This document shows positions 30,871 to 43,200 of a stretch of 44,627 bases of DNA, in pieces. Numbering within the stretch: position 1 is the first letter of the stretch; every line of letters starts with the position of its first letter. Below the pieces are notes generated by a model that was given only the letters and a program-made list of their open reading frames with translations, searched no databases and had not been told where the DNA came from. Source of the stretch: Monocercomonoides exilis PA203 (lineage: Eukaryota > Protista > Preaxostyla); assembly GCA_001643675.2 (NCBI GenBank), contig LSRY02000083.1:1-44627 (forward strand), written 5' to 3'. The position numbers were made by a program, and so were the translations under genes.

Positions 30871-33800
30871 TCACCCTTTTCTTTCTTCCCCAAAGTCCTC
30901 TTCTCCTCCTCCTCCTCCTCCTTCTTCTTCTTCTCTTCCTCCTCCTCCTCCATCATCAATGCCCTGTCTGCTCCTGCTGCTTCCGCTCCCAACCCATGGA
31001 GAGCTCAAATCCACCCCGCCTTCCCCTCTGCTCTGCTTTTCTTCTGTCGCTCCCTCTTCCCTCATCTCTTCCATTTCCTTCTCCTTCTCCTTCCTCTCGC
31101 CTCCCGGGTGTTCTGCCCCAAGCAGCGCCGGTGCTGCTGCCAGCGACGAACCCCGCCATCCGCCGCCTTCGCATACCGCCTCTCCATCTGCACCCCCGCC
31201 GCCTCCACCACACCCCAAACACCACTGCCACCCCCACCACACACGCCCCGCACACAATCGGCACCAGCACAAACGCCACATCACCTGCTCCCCGCTGCCT
31301 GCTGCGCCCTGTGCTTCATTGCTGCTTGTGCCATTTGTGCTGTTCGTGCTGTTCGTGCTGTTGCCCACACACTTGTTCCGCGCCAGCTGCTGTTCTGCTG
31401 CCGCCTCTTCCTCGCTCTCCGGCACAAAGCACAGCGGACTCTTCACACTCGGAATCCGGCTGCACAACCCTCGCGAGTTCTCGTAATACCCCGACTCGCA
31501 CCCCGCCGACACGCACCCTGTCTCGCAGAACTCCCCCGTCGCCTCGTCCACCCCGCGCCCCAGCACCCGGTGCGCCTCCCTTCTGCTCTCGTATCTCTCG
31601 CACACCGAAGTCGATTGTGCCGTCAACGATGAAAATGAAGTGGATGAAGTGGATGAATTGAGTTGCGTGAAGTGTGCTTGATGTGCTGCCTCTCCTCCTC
31701 CTCCTCCTCTGCCGCTGCCTCTGCCTCTGCCAAGCCGCCCGGCTGCGCATTCTGCTGTCTCTCGCACCTCCCACCTCGCCAGCCGCTCCATCCCCTGCCC
31801 CACCCCCACCGCCACCCGCAGCCGCTCCTCCACCTCCATCGCCAAAGGCGTCACTGAACACAGCACCACCACATCCGCCCCACACACCTTCAGCTCCAGC
31901 GACTCTGCCTCTTCCCCAACCCCAAAGCTCAGCGTGTCCTCCATCCCCCACGACACCGTCTGCCCCTCCCGCAGCAGCCTCGCCGGCAGCATCCCCTCCG
32001 CGTTCTCCCCATACTTCGCTGCTGCAAGCGCCCGCACCTCCTCCTCGTCCACCGCTCCCCCTCCGCTGAACGACCCCACATCCACATCCCCCTCTGCATC
32101 TGTCGGGTCTGCCCCTATCACCGCCACCTTCGCCAGGTGCCGCTCCGCAATGTGCTTCACAAACTGCCCACATACCCCTCCGCAAAGCCCGTCGCTCACC
32201 ACCATCACATGCTCCGCATCAAACAGCCTCTCCCCGCCCCACTCCACCGACGCCGCCCACTTCCCAAACAGGTCGCTCTCCTCCCTGTTCAGCGCATACA
32301 CCCGCGTCCACACACGCTCCCGCCGCACCGCCCCGTCTCCACTCCCCTCCTCCCGCACCTCCTCCTCGCTCAGCCACTTCTCTTTCTTCTTCTGCGTCTC
32401 ATACTCCACCGCCTCCACCCCGCCGTCTCCTGCCAGCCCCTCTGCCACAAGCATGTTCCCCATGCTCTTCACAAACCTCTCCCGCCCATACAGCGGATAC
32501 TCCCCCGGAAACAGCACATGCAGCAGCCCCCGCCCCAGCCCTGCTGACCCCCCCGTGTTCCCGCGCACATCCACCACAACACGCACCTTCCCTGCCTCTC
32601 CTTCCCTTTTCTCCCCCTTCTCCCCCTTCTCCCCTTCCTCCCGCAGCCACCGCAGAGTCTCAAACACACTCGCCACAAACTGCTTCTCGTCTTCAGGGCT
32701 GAACGAGTCCACATTCAACACCCCAATCCGCTCCGATTCAACATAATATGCGCTGAACGCCTCGCTCTCATACAGCACTGTCACATCCTCCTCTTCCGCC
32801 TCACTGCCTCCACCTGCTGCATTTTCCCTCTTTTCCACACCAATCCAATGCCATCTCTCTGCTCCCCAACGCTCCTCCTCTTGCCTCCTGCTCCTGCCTC
32901 TCGCCCTTCACCTGAAATGTTCAGTAGCGCATGCTCGTTGCCTCCTCGCCTGATCCTCAGCCGGGGCAGTCGCTGCTTCGTCACCCTGTATTTCCCGTTG
33001 CTCCCTGTTCCCCAGCCTCCGCTCCTCCGCTCCTTGATGACAAGCGCTGATCCTCCGCCTTCCCCAAACTGCGTGGTGTTCAGATGGTTCTGCGCCCTTC
33101 CCCTGTGCTGCCGCAGTCCCGCAGTGCTGCTGTGCCCAAACGCCTGCGCCCCACGCTTCCCTGCTCCAAAAGCACTTTCTCGGAAAACCGCACGTTCGCT
33201 GCTGCGTTAGTCGCTCCCCGGCCTCTGTGGCCCTGCTGAGCCTGACTCCTCGTGAAGTTCAGCCTGCCAAACGCATGCCCCATCAGCGTCTGCCGCGTGA
33301 TCTCCCGCAGCTTCCTCTGCTGCCTCCGCTCGCTTTCCCCAACAACTGCCCTTGCAGCCCCCCGCTCTCCCCCCTGCCCCTGTGCTGCGCACCCCAATTC
33401 GACAAGGCTGCTGCCTGCTTGCTGCCTCCGCCCTGCGTGTCTGTCCCGTTCGCACTCTCCTTCAGCGGGCACAGCCGCGTGATGTCGTAGATGTCCGCCC
33501 CCGACATCCCGTACATCATCCAGCTCGTCTCCCGCACCGCCCCTCCCCGTCCACATACCGCACCCGGATCGTGTCCGACTCCGGCCTCCTGAACAGCCCC
33601 GCCAGCCGATACGAGAAATACATCTGCAGCGCTGCATTCACCCGCGCTGCCCGGCTCCGCGACATCATCACGTTCTCGTCTGCCCACCGCGCGATCGTCT
33701 CCCACGGCTCCTCCGCCCTGTACCCTGCCCCGTCGTACGAGATGTTCACAACCGCGCAGTCCCGGATGTCCTCCACCAGCCCCCGATACAGGCACGCCTC

Positions 33801-34367
33801 AAACAGCGACTCCATCGCCCCGGCACCGCATACACCGCCCGCGGCTGCCCCGTCTCCTCCTCATACGCAATCTCAAACGAGTACGGGCTGAAGTACCCGT
33901 AGTAGTTGTAGCACGGCATCGTGTACATCGTGTGCGGATCCTTCAGCCGCGACAGCGCTGCCCCAACATCCATGTGCTTCTTGTACCCGCTCCGGTACTG
34001 CACCTCCCCGATCCGCTCCAGCTCCCCCACCACGTCGAACGACAGCCCGCTGTACGGCGCCGGCAGCGCCAGCACCCGGTCCCGCAGCGCATATCCCTCC
34101 AGATACTTCTTCACCGTCTCCACCAGCTCCCCGAGCTCCTCCACCTGCACACAGCACAGCGCGCCGCAAACATCCATTTTGGTGCATCAGACAGCAGACA
34201 CACTTCCCGCTGAACAGCCACAAACCAAAAACTCAAAAAAATAGAACACAAACCGGATAGTTGTCCAGGCACTCCGCCAGGTACGACGCCGCCACAAACT
34301 CTGTCGCATTGATGTCGCAGTAGCGGCACTGCACTGCGGCTGCCAGCCACACCAACGCCAAATACAT
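30871..34367 (-). CDS. S41-family membrane peptidase homologue, inverted duplicate (frameshifted as assembled)
   Basis: Mirror of 5842-9341; same motifs including SDGLCGGVC; indels at different homopolymer runs. Confidence 0.8.
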
Positions 34368-36036
34368 CCTGCTGCAGAAAATTCTCTTTGCTGAATCGCT
34401 TGATATATTTTTATGGGCAAGTGACGCAAAAAATGAAGAAAATATTTGAATAATAATTTTGTTGAAGTGCAAATCTCCCTTGCCACACTTTTCAATTTTC
34501 CTTCCATTTTTCTGCACCATGTAATTGTGCAGGCCTTGTTTTTGTTTTCGATTGTGAATAACTTCACAATAAAGAAAAATAAAATAAAGCATGTTTGGAG
34601 AAATAGGAGGTCCGCATGCAGCAGAGATGAGCCATTGGTGCACTGCTTTGTGCGACCAAGCACTGCAGCTGCATCGACAGAAGCTTGCTCTTCGCCCCCA
34701 AGTTCGCCTTTTCTCATCATCCTCTGATAATCAAAAGAAAAACCACACACACCCCCCACGACAATCCATCAGCATCCGTCCTTCCGGGCATCTCCATTTT
34801 TGGTGTCTTTGGCCGCGATTCTCTCATGGCTGCAAGTTGCACAACAAGACTGTTTCTCATTAGCCCTTTCTTCTGCATACCTTTCCCGATTTCCCCAATC
34901 GCAAAATCAACTGCTATCATCGCGCTTCCCGTGCACAAAACCTCTCGCAAAAGCCAGAACACTCCTGCTGCAAACATGCTCCTTCCCTCCCTTTGCTTGT
35001 GGTGCGGCTGCTCAATGCTCCCAAACCGCCTCTCGCACATCATCCACAAGATGACAAAGCCTTCAAAACACCTCCAAACAGTCACCAGCCATCCCCATGC
35101 AATATTCATATGTCTCTCTCTCTCCCTTGTGCATTTCACATTCTTCTTCTTCTTCTTCCATCCCTCCCTTCTCGATGCTTCTTCCAGTTCCTGTGCTGCC
35201 TTCCCAGCAGATTCCCAGTTTCACCAAAAACCTCTCCTCCGCATCCCTTCTCTTCGTGCAGCCTCATCATCACAAACGCATTCTCCTGACCGATGGACAA
35301 ATCCCATCACGCTCAGATGCCCCTGCTGGCACTTCAGCATTTCGGCCTCATCCTCCATCTGTCTTCCTTTTGTCTTCACACTGCTCATGGAAACGAACAC
35401 AAAAAAGCAAGAATGAATAAAAATCAGAAACAAATCATTTGAAAATGATGCTGAGTGAAGCGCAGACTCGTGCTGGCAAAACACGCTTTCAGCCCTCCTT
35501 TGCACCCCCGCACACCAGCTCAACTGCATCCTCATTTATCTGTGCTTTGCCTGCCCAACGCAATCACACAGCAACAATGCCATTTCCCACCATATCCCTG
35601 TCTCACCAGCAACAACTCGTTTTTTTTTCTTTTTTCTTTCATTTTTTTTACCTTCATTGCAAAGTCATGCCCGCTCCACAAAATATCTTTGTTTTTCTCT
35701 CTCTTACTCAAAAAGACAGCCAAGGAGAAAGTGAAATTCCTTTTCTTTCACAATCAATTTTTTCCCTCACTTTTCATCATTCAACAGAGCGCAATCCTGA
35801 AACATCAAGCAAGCACAAACACTTGTCTTTTTTCTGATTCATAAGAATACAGAAAAAGACAAACACAAAAGACTCTAAATATTCGAAAGGGAATTAAAAG
35901 TGAACAATTTCAGTTTTTTTATTTTGCAATCATTTTTCGTGAGAAAATCCTCCAGCGCAATGTTCTTTGTGTCGTCTCTTTCGTTCCATCTTTCGGCTCA
36001 AAAATAAAAAAAAAAAATGTCTGATCTTGTTTATTG

Positions 36037-39000
36037 ATGAGTAATATTTATTTGGCTGCTGGAAATGAGATCAACAAGAAGGAACAACAAGACAGCGCCT
36101 CCGATATTCAAGGTGTTTGCTGCTGGCTCAGACGTGATTCTCATTTTCTTCTTTGTTTTTTATTTTTGTGCAACTTGGGGGCTGGCTGATGGTGCAAAAC
36201 TGGATGATTTTGTGTTTTGTTGATGCTCTTGCTGTGGGTGGGGCTGCTGTGCAACGGAAATGCTGCATGGGGAACGCGATGCAGGATGCAAAAGTGGAAG
36301 AAGTGAGAGACGAGAGTTTGCTTGTTTTGCAGGAAAGAATCGGATTTTGAGCTTTGAGCCTTTTTCATTTCAATGTTTATTTTTTTGGTGCAGCGATTAA
36401 CGCGCTGGAGAGGCTGACAGAAAAGCTTCAGTATTTGTGTTTTTGTGTTTGTTCATGGCGAGTTTTCAGAGGGCGGAAGTTTGGGGCAGGCGAGCTGGCT
36501 GGCATTTCGAAGGAGATGTGTGATTTGCTGTGGCGATGTGTCGGAAGGATGGAGAGTGTTCCGGCGTATATTCTGCGCAACGTGCTGCACTGCGGGAAGG
36601 TGGTGCTGAGCGCGGGAGCGGACGACAGGGTGGCAGCCAGCTATGTGCGTGCAATGGCGCTTGTTGTGGATGTGAGGTCGTATCCAGTGCAGCACCGGAG
36701 GCTGAGGTTGGAGGAGGTCCAGCTGACGGCGCAAGAAAAAAGGCACGTGAAATCACCGCGCGGGAAGGAGAAGCAGCAGACGAAGACGGTTTTGACGTCG
36801 GATGTTGTAGGGTCGCCGCTGCTGCAAGAGGTGATTTTTGATGGGGAAGTGGTTCCGGCAGTTGTGGAGCGGATCCACGCAGCAGAAAGCGAGGAGGCGC
36901 TGAGTGCGCTGGCCAAGGTGGTGTTGGGGTTTGTGAGGATCGCAGACCAGGCGGGGCTTGCGGCGATGGTGGGGCAGCACATTCTGGACGGGATCGACAC
37001 GATTCTGATGCGGTGCCAGGAGAGGGCAGGGCTGATTGATGCGGTCGAAGCGCTGCAGCTGGTGTTCGCTGCCAGGACAAACATCACCCTGATGGCGTCC
37101 AATGGGTGGGGGAAGGCATTTGAAGAGCACTGCTTCGAGGGGGTGCTGACGGAGATTGCGGTGGGGAACAAGAGCCGAGGGGTTGCGCGGGAAAAGATAA
37201 ATCTGAGAGCTCCGTATTACGAAAGGGTGGTGGATGTGGAGCTCGAAGAGGGGCGTGAGAGGTTCGAGGAGGAGGATGTGGGAAAGCTGGATGATGGGGA
37301 GTCCGTGACAGAGCAGGCAGCAGACAGCGGCAGGGGCACAGAGGAAAGCAAAGGAGAGAAAGGGAGAGCAAAAGAGGGAGCGAACAGGAGGCAAAGGGAA
37401 CAGAAGAGGAAAGGGGGGAAAAGTGCAGCAAAGGAGAAGGAACGTCTCAAGGCGAAGTGGAAGCAGAAGGGAGGGAAAAGGAAGCAAGAGGAGGGGAGAG
37501 TGGCAGAAGTGCAGCGAAAAGAACAGCGTCTCCCATTTTGTGTGCGTTTGGAGGCGGCGTGTGCAGTTTTGTGGGAGAAGGATCATTACAGATTCAATTT
37601 GCCTGTGAAGAAGCTGGCAGGCGTGCTGGCTGAGGGCATTGCGCTTCCCGAAGGAGCAGAAGCAGAATACGTGAAGCGAAAGCAAAAGCTTATGGAGAGT
37701 GAAAAGAGCAGATTGAAGAGGGAGGGCAGCGAGATGGATGTCAACATCAGGGAAAGAGACGGTGGTGATGGCGAAGCAGAGGGAGTGTTGGAGAGCAAGC
37801 TGAACATTCCCCACATCTACAATTGCATTTATTGCCTGAATGTTTTGTTTTCTGACTGGGGTTTGACTTGCTTGTGTTGTGTTGTGTTGTGTTATGATTT
37901 TGTTGAGGCATGTTTATTCAGACACGAAGTATTATTGCGGGACAGTGCGCAAGGCTGAGGCGATGCCTGATGAACAGCTGGAAGCAATTGTGAACAAGCT
38001 GTTGCGGCTGAACAGGCATGCCCCACTGTCAAATTGCAATTTCGATTTTTCTTTTCTTTTTTCTTTCTGTAACTGCCCTCGAGCAGGTTTCCGGACAAAC
38101 TGTTCTTCAGAATGTCGAGTCACTGCCTTGAAAGCATCTGCATGTTGTATCGGCAGCAGATGAAGCGGCTGTATGGCGGAGTGTTTGAGCAGCGGCTGAT
38201 GGAGGAATTGGATGAGGTGGAGATGGAGATGGAGAAAGCGGCAGAGGCTGGGGGTGGAGGGGCAGACAGCGAGGAGTACATAAACATCTATTCCCAGGAG
38301 TACATGCGGTCCATCTGGGAAGAAGCGCCGTTCAGCTCCATCCGGGAGCCAGTGGTTGGGGAGTACGAGTCGGTTGCTGATTACACGCTGGACAAGATGC
38401 AACTGCTGAGAATGTCTTTTCTGGAGAGACGGACGCTGCAGTCAGACATGTCGTCGGTGTTCTGTTGCAGCAGATTGGGCTGGTTGCACGGCCGGTGGGT
38501 CAACAGAAACCTGGTGTCGGTGCGGAGGCAGCACAGCTCGTGGGCAGCGCTGCGCTTCAACCACACGCTGAGCTGTATTGCTGCAACGTGTGCTGCGCAA
38601 GATGCGAGCAGCGACGATGTGGTGACGCGGCCGTTCTTCAGGAGGCTTGTTGGGCGGCTGGTGCGCCCTTTTGCGCTTCAGGTGCCTTTTGGGGTGGGGT
38701 CGCTGTCGAGTGTCGCATACCAGCAGCACTCGCTGGAGTCTGTGCAGAGCACGATCGACCTGTTTGCGCTGGAGGTGCTGACGAATGTGGAGAAAGAGCT
38801 GGGGTTTGTGTTTGAGGAGGGGTATGTTGGTGCTCTGTTTGGGCGGCTGGCTGGGAGCATGGAGCTGAACAGCCACGCGCTGTATGTGGCTGTGCAGGTC
38901 ATCCGGGAGACGTGCATTGCGTTCATGAGGGCAGACCGAGAAGCGAGGGTGAAGGCAGCTGGGGTGTTGAACGCGAGCATTGCTGAGTGGAACAGGCATG

Positions 39001-39595
39001 GAGAAGGGAAGGAGGCAGCAGGGAGGCGGGTCTTCCTTCAAATTGCTCCGTTTGAGCTTGTTTCTGTGATTGGCGCAAATATGTGCTGGGGAGTGTATGG
39101 GCAATGCTTTGCAGCCGACTCCACAAAACATGGCAGCAGGTGGAAGCAGGTGGGTTGCTTGGAGAAGTTGGAGAAGGGAAAGAAGTTGGAGAAGTTGGAG
39201 AAGGGGAGAAGGGGGAGAAGGGGGAGAAGGGGGGAGAAGGGGGAGAAGGGGAGAAGGGGGAGAAGGGGGAGAAGGGGAAGAAGGGGGAGGATGTTGGGGT
39301 TGTGCTGCTGCGTTTGGTGGATGATACGATTGAAGAGCGTGGGATTCGCGACTGTGTGGAGGCCACGCCGCAGCACAATGATGTGCAGCTGTTCTGGCGG
39401 TGCTCGGGGAGCCTGCCCTCGAAAAACCGGGTGCAGCAGGTGTCGCTCTATTCTCGCGGGAAAGTGTCCGATGTGGAGGGACTGCCATATGCAGAGTTCG
39501 TGCCGATTCCCTCGGATCCTTTGTCTGCTCCTGATCCCGAGGCTTTTCGCCAGGCGAATTACCGCATGGTTTTCCTTTTCAATGTCGCGAATTAG
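36037..39595 (+). CDS. Large uncharacterised protein, inverted duplicate of 599-4165
   Basis: Mirror ORFs 36354-37958, 37879-38163, 38112-39617 and 39083-39595. Confidence 0.7.
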
Positions 39596-40223
39596 ATGCT
39601 GGATAAAGAGTGATTGATGGGGAATTTCAGCAAACAAGGCATCATGAAATGGCATGGACATTCGAGTGTTTTGGACGTTTATTTTTCTTTTTCATAAGTC
39701 TTTATTTGCAAGCGTTTTGATTGCAATATTTTTTACAATTGGTTCCACTACTGGAGTTGCATTTCAGTTGTTTCTGGAAAAGTATTTTTGTATCTTTATT
39801 TCTTTCTTTCTCGTTTGTTTGTTTGCATGTTTATTTGTTTTTGTGTTATTTTCTTGTTTTTTCGCACTTTGTAAGTGTGAGTGTTTGTTCTTTTTATTTT
39901 TACAAAAACATCTGTAATTTTCCGAAGGCATTCAAGCAGAAGTGTGCCTGGTCTATGTTTGTGTTTGTGTTTGCTTTTTTTCTTTTTCCTTTTCCTTTTG
40001 TTTGGGCTTTTTTTTGTTTGTTTGTAAAACTTCACTCAAGGCTCAACTGTATTTATCTCTGGCAACAACAAGCAATTGCCCTTTCAGTGGGAGTTCACTT
40101 TCGGACACATTCATTCGTTTCTATTCCTTTAAAGCCTGGGGGGAAAAAGACAGAAAAAAAAGAAATGGAAATGGAAATGGGAAAAAAAATATGCAAAAAA
40201 TCCTGTGCTCTTCTTTCTTCTTC

Positions 40224-43200
40224 TCACACACGCTGCCGCACGCGCTCAAACACTCCGCCTCCGAGCGCAACAACTTCAAGCGCTGCCACCCCAACGCAGA
40301 ACACCATCCCGATCCACAGCGCTGCGTCTTCCCCCACATACCCTCCCAGCACATCCATCACCACTGCAAATCCTCCCACCCAGCACAGAAACGCTGCTGT
40401 CACCCCTATCAGCAGTGTCTGCACCCACACCAGAAATGGTTTCGAAGCATGTCAATGCCAACACATCAAAGCAGAACAACAAAAATTTCAATAAAAAAAG
40501 AAATTTGAAAAAAATATAAAATAAAATAAAATAAAATAAAATGATATGAACGTTCATTAGCATTCCGAAGAATGCAAAAATCAATACTTTCTTCCTTTTT
40601 CTTCTTTCTCGCAAAAGAAAACAAAAATGAAAGTTATCAAACATGAAGCACACCTTCCAAGGCAGCACAAGACAAAGCAGCAGCCCACTCGCAAATTCAC
40701 CAAACAGGAGCACAATGCTGCTCAGCGCAACATTGTCGCTTCCCATCCCCACAAACAGACACACACACACCTCCAGCACACGCATGCACACGCTCACTCC
40801 AACACACTCGCTCCCCATCCCCACCCACTCCATCCACTTCAGCAGACCCTCCTTCCTTCTCCTTCTCTTCATCTTCATCTTCATCTTCATTTTCTTCTTC
40901 ATCTTCATCATTTCTTTGTTGCTTTCTCTCTTTCTCCCTTCCTTCTCTCTTGTGCAACTGCAGCATTCCTCGTCTTGTGTGCTGCCGCTCCTCTGTTCCC
41001 ATCCACCCTCAACTCCCAGCGGCAGCCCCAGATCCAGCCCCAACGCCCCCAGCTCATCTGCCTCTCCACCCAGCACATGCCTCATCACACCCCCAAATCC
41101 GCCCCCTTCTCCTTCCTTCCTCCTTCCTCTGCTTCCCCTGCCACTCCCACCACGCACAGCACACCCGCGCACCCCTCCCCACACAACTGCTGCTGCCACA
41201 CACAGCCCGCACACACTCGCCCCACACGCTCTGCAACTCCCCACCTCTCCCACCTCCCCCTCCCCCACATACTCCCCAACAGCCCCAACACACCCAAACA
41301 CACACACAAACCACACCCTTCCCACACAACCATCGTCATCCATATCCCAACACGCATCCCGCACCTCCCTGACATCTCATGCCCTTCTTCCTTGTTCCTT
41401 TTCCTTTCTTCTTCTCCCTGTCTCCCTCTCCGGCAGCCTCTTCGCTTCTTCTTTTCTTCAACTCTCTCCTCTTCATCCTCTTTTCTCCCTCTCCCCTGCC
41501 TCTCCCCCACCCACAACTCCCACCACACAGCCACAGCCCCACCGCACACCACAACAACACACACACCGTCGCCCCAACACAAGCCCCATACACCCCCACG
41601 CTCCACACATCAACCTCCCCATCCGAAATCGACCCCACAAATGATGCCATCTCCTTGTTCTCCGCCACACACCATTCTCCACACACCCCCACCTCTTCTC
41701 CCCAACAACCATTTGCTCCCACGCCTTTCCCCTTCAGCGTCACCCAATCCACAATCCTCTCCCACGTCCTCCTTTTCCTCTCTCCCTCCCATCCACCCCT
41801 TCCATCCCATCCACCCCATCTCCCTCCTCTCTCCTCCACAACCCTTCCCCCTCCTTCCCCAACCACATCCTCCTCCTCCTCCTCCTCCTCTTCCTCTTCC
41901 CACAAACCCTTTCCACACCCCAGACACCACTGGCACATCCATCCCAAACAGCGCTCCGCCACACCGCCGCATGAACATCCCAATCACAACCGGCATCTCG
42001 CTGTATTTGCACAGCGACAGCACACACACCACACGCGCCATGTGCACACACAGCCCACCCAGCGCCACACACCTCCTCATCCCAACATCCACCCCTTTCA
42101 GCCTTGTCAATATTTCCTCCTTTCTTCCTCTTCTTTTAACTCTTTGTTCCGCCTTCTTCTTTTTTGAGTTCCTCACTCATCATCTGCTTCGTCTCCCTCC
42201 TCTGCCACTGCCAATGCCACTCCTTGTTCTTCCAAGCTCACATAGCTCTTCCTCAGCGGAGCGTGCACAGAAGATGAGTGAAATGAAAGAGATGATCGTG
42301 ATGATGATAATGCCGATGAAGACGAAGAAGAAGAAGAAGATGATGATGATGAAGATGCAAAAGTTGGAGAGATAAAATGATGTGGCTGCAAGATGTGATG
42401 GAGTTGAATCTGGCGAAAGAGACGAAGCTGTTTTTGCTCCATCTGTGGTTGCTGCAACTGCTGTGCTCATTGGAGTAGATGCCGGCGGGAAAGGCGATGC
42501 TGGCAACGAGGATGATGCGCATGAAGTGCTTTGATTGAATGGAGTGAAAGAAGCAAAAGAAGCGAATGAAGAGTGTGAAATGCGTGTTGTGTGTGTTGAA
42601 CATTTTGTGGATTGTGACTGAAATGATTGAGGTGTTTTGAGTGAAGTGAACCCTGTTGACAGCTTCGGCGAGTGTGCATCTCGTCCAATCCCTTTTCCTC
42701 TTCCCAATGCAATCTCTGTTCCCCTCTTTCTCCACCTCTCATCTTTCTCCCCTTTCGTTTCTGTTCTTTCCTCTTCCTCTTCATCATCCTCATCTGTTTC
42801 CTCCTCATTCATTTCATGTTCCCCTCTTTCTGGCTTCTCCTCTTCCCTTCTGCTTTCATTCTCCCACAAATTTGGCGTTGACACTTCTCTCACATTCGGA
42901 ACCCTTCTCTCTCCTTCTTCTTTCTTCATTGTTTCTTCTTCTTCCTCTCCTCCTCTTCTTCTTCTTCTTCTTCCCTCTTTCCATTTGCACCCATCTGTAT
43001 CGTCTTCATTTCTCTTTCATTCCTCCTCTTTCTCCTTCTCTTTTCTTCGCTTTCTTCGCTTTTCTCTCTTTCATCATCCTTCTTTTCACAATCTTCTAAT
43101 TTCCTCTCTTCCTTTTCTTCTTCTTCAACTTCTTCTTCTTCCTTCGCAGCCTCTTCCTGAAGCTCCTCCATCAGCCACTCTCTTTTGCTTTCTCCTTCAC

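Larger units (their letters stand above)
25503..40206. repeat. Right arm of giant inverted duplication
   Basis: Reverse complement of 1-14713; differences seen are mainly 1-nt indels in G/C/A/T runs plus a few substitutions. Confidence 0.97.

Noticed and set aside
1-40206. Giant transposon, Polinton or endogenous virus with long TIRs
   Set aside because: The arms contain intron-bearing host-type genes; no polB, capsid, packaging ATPase or DDE integrase was seen in the spacer.
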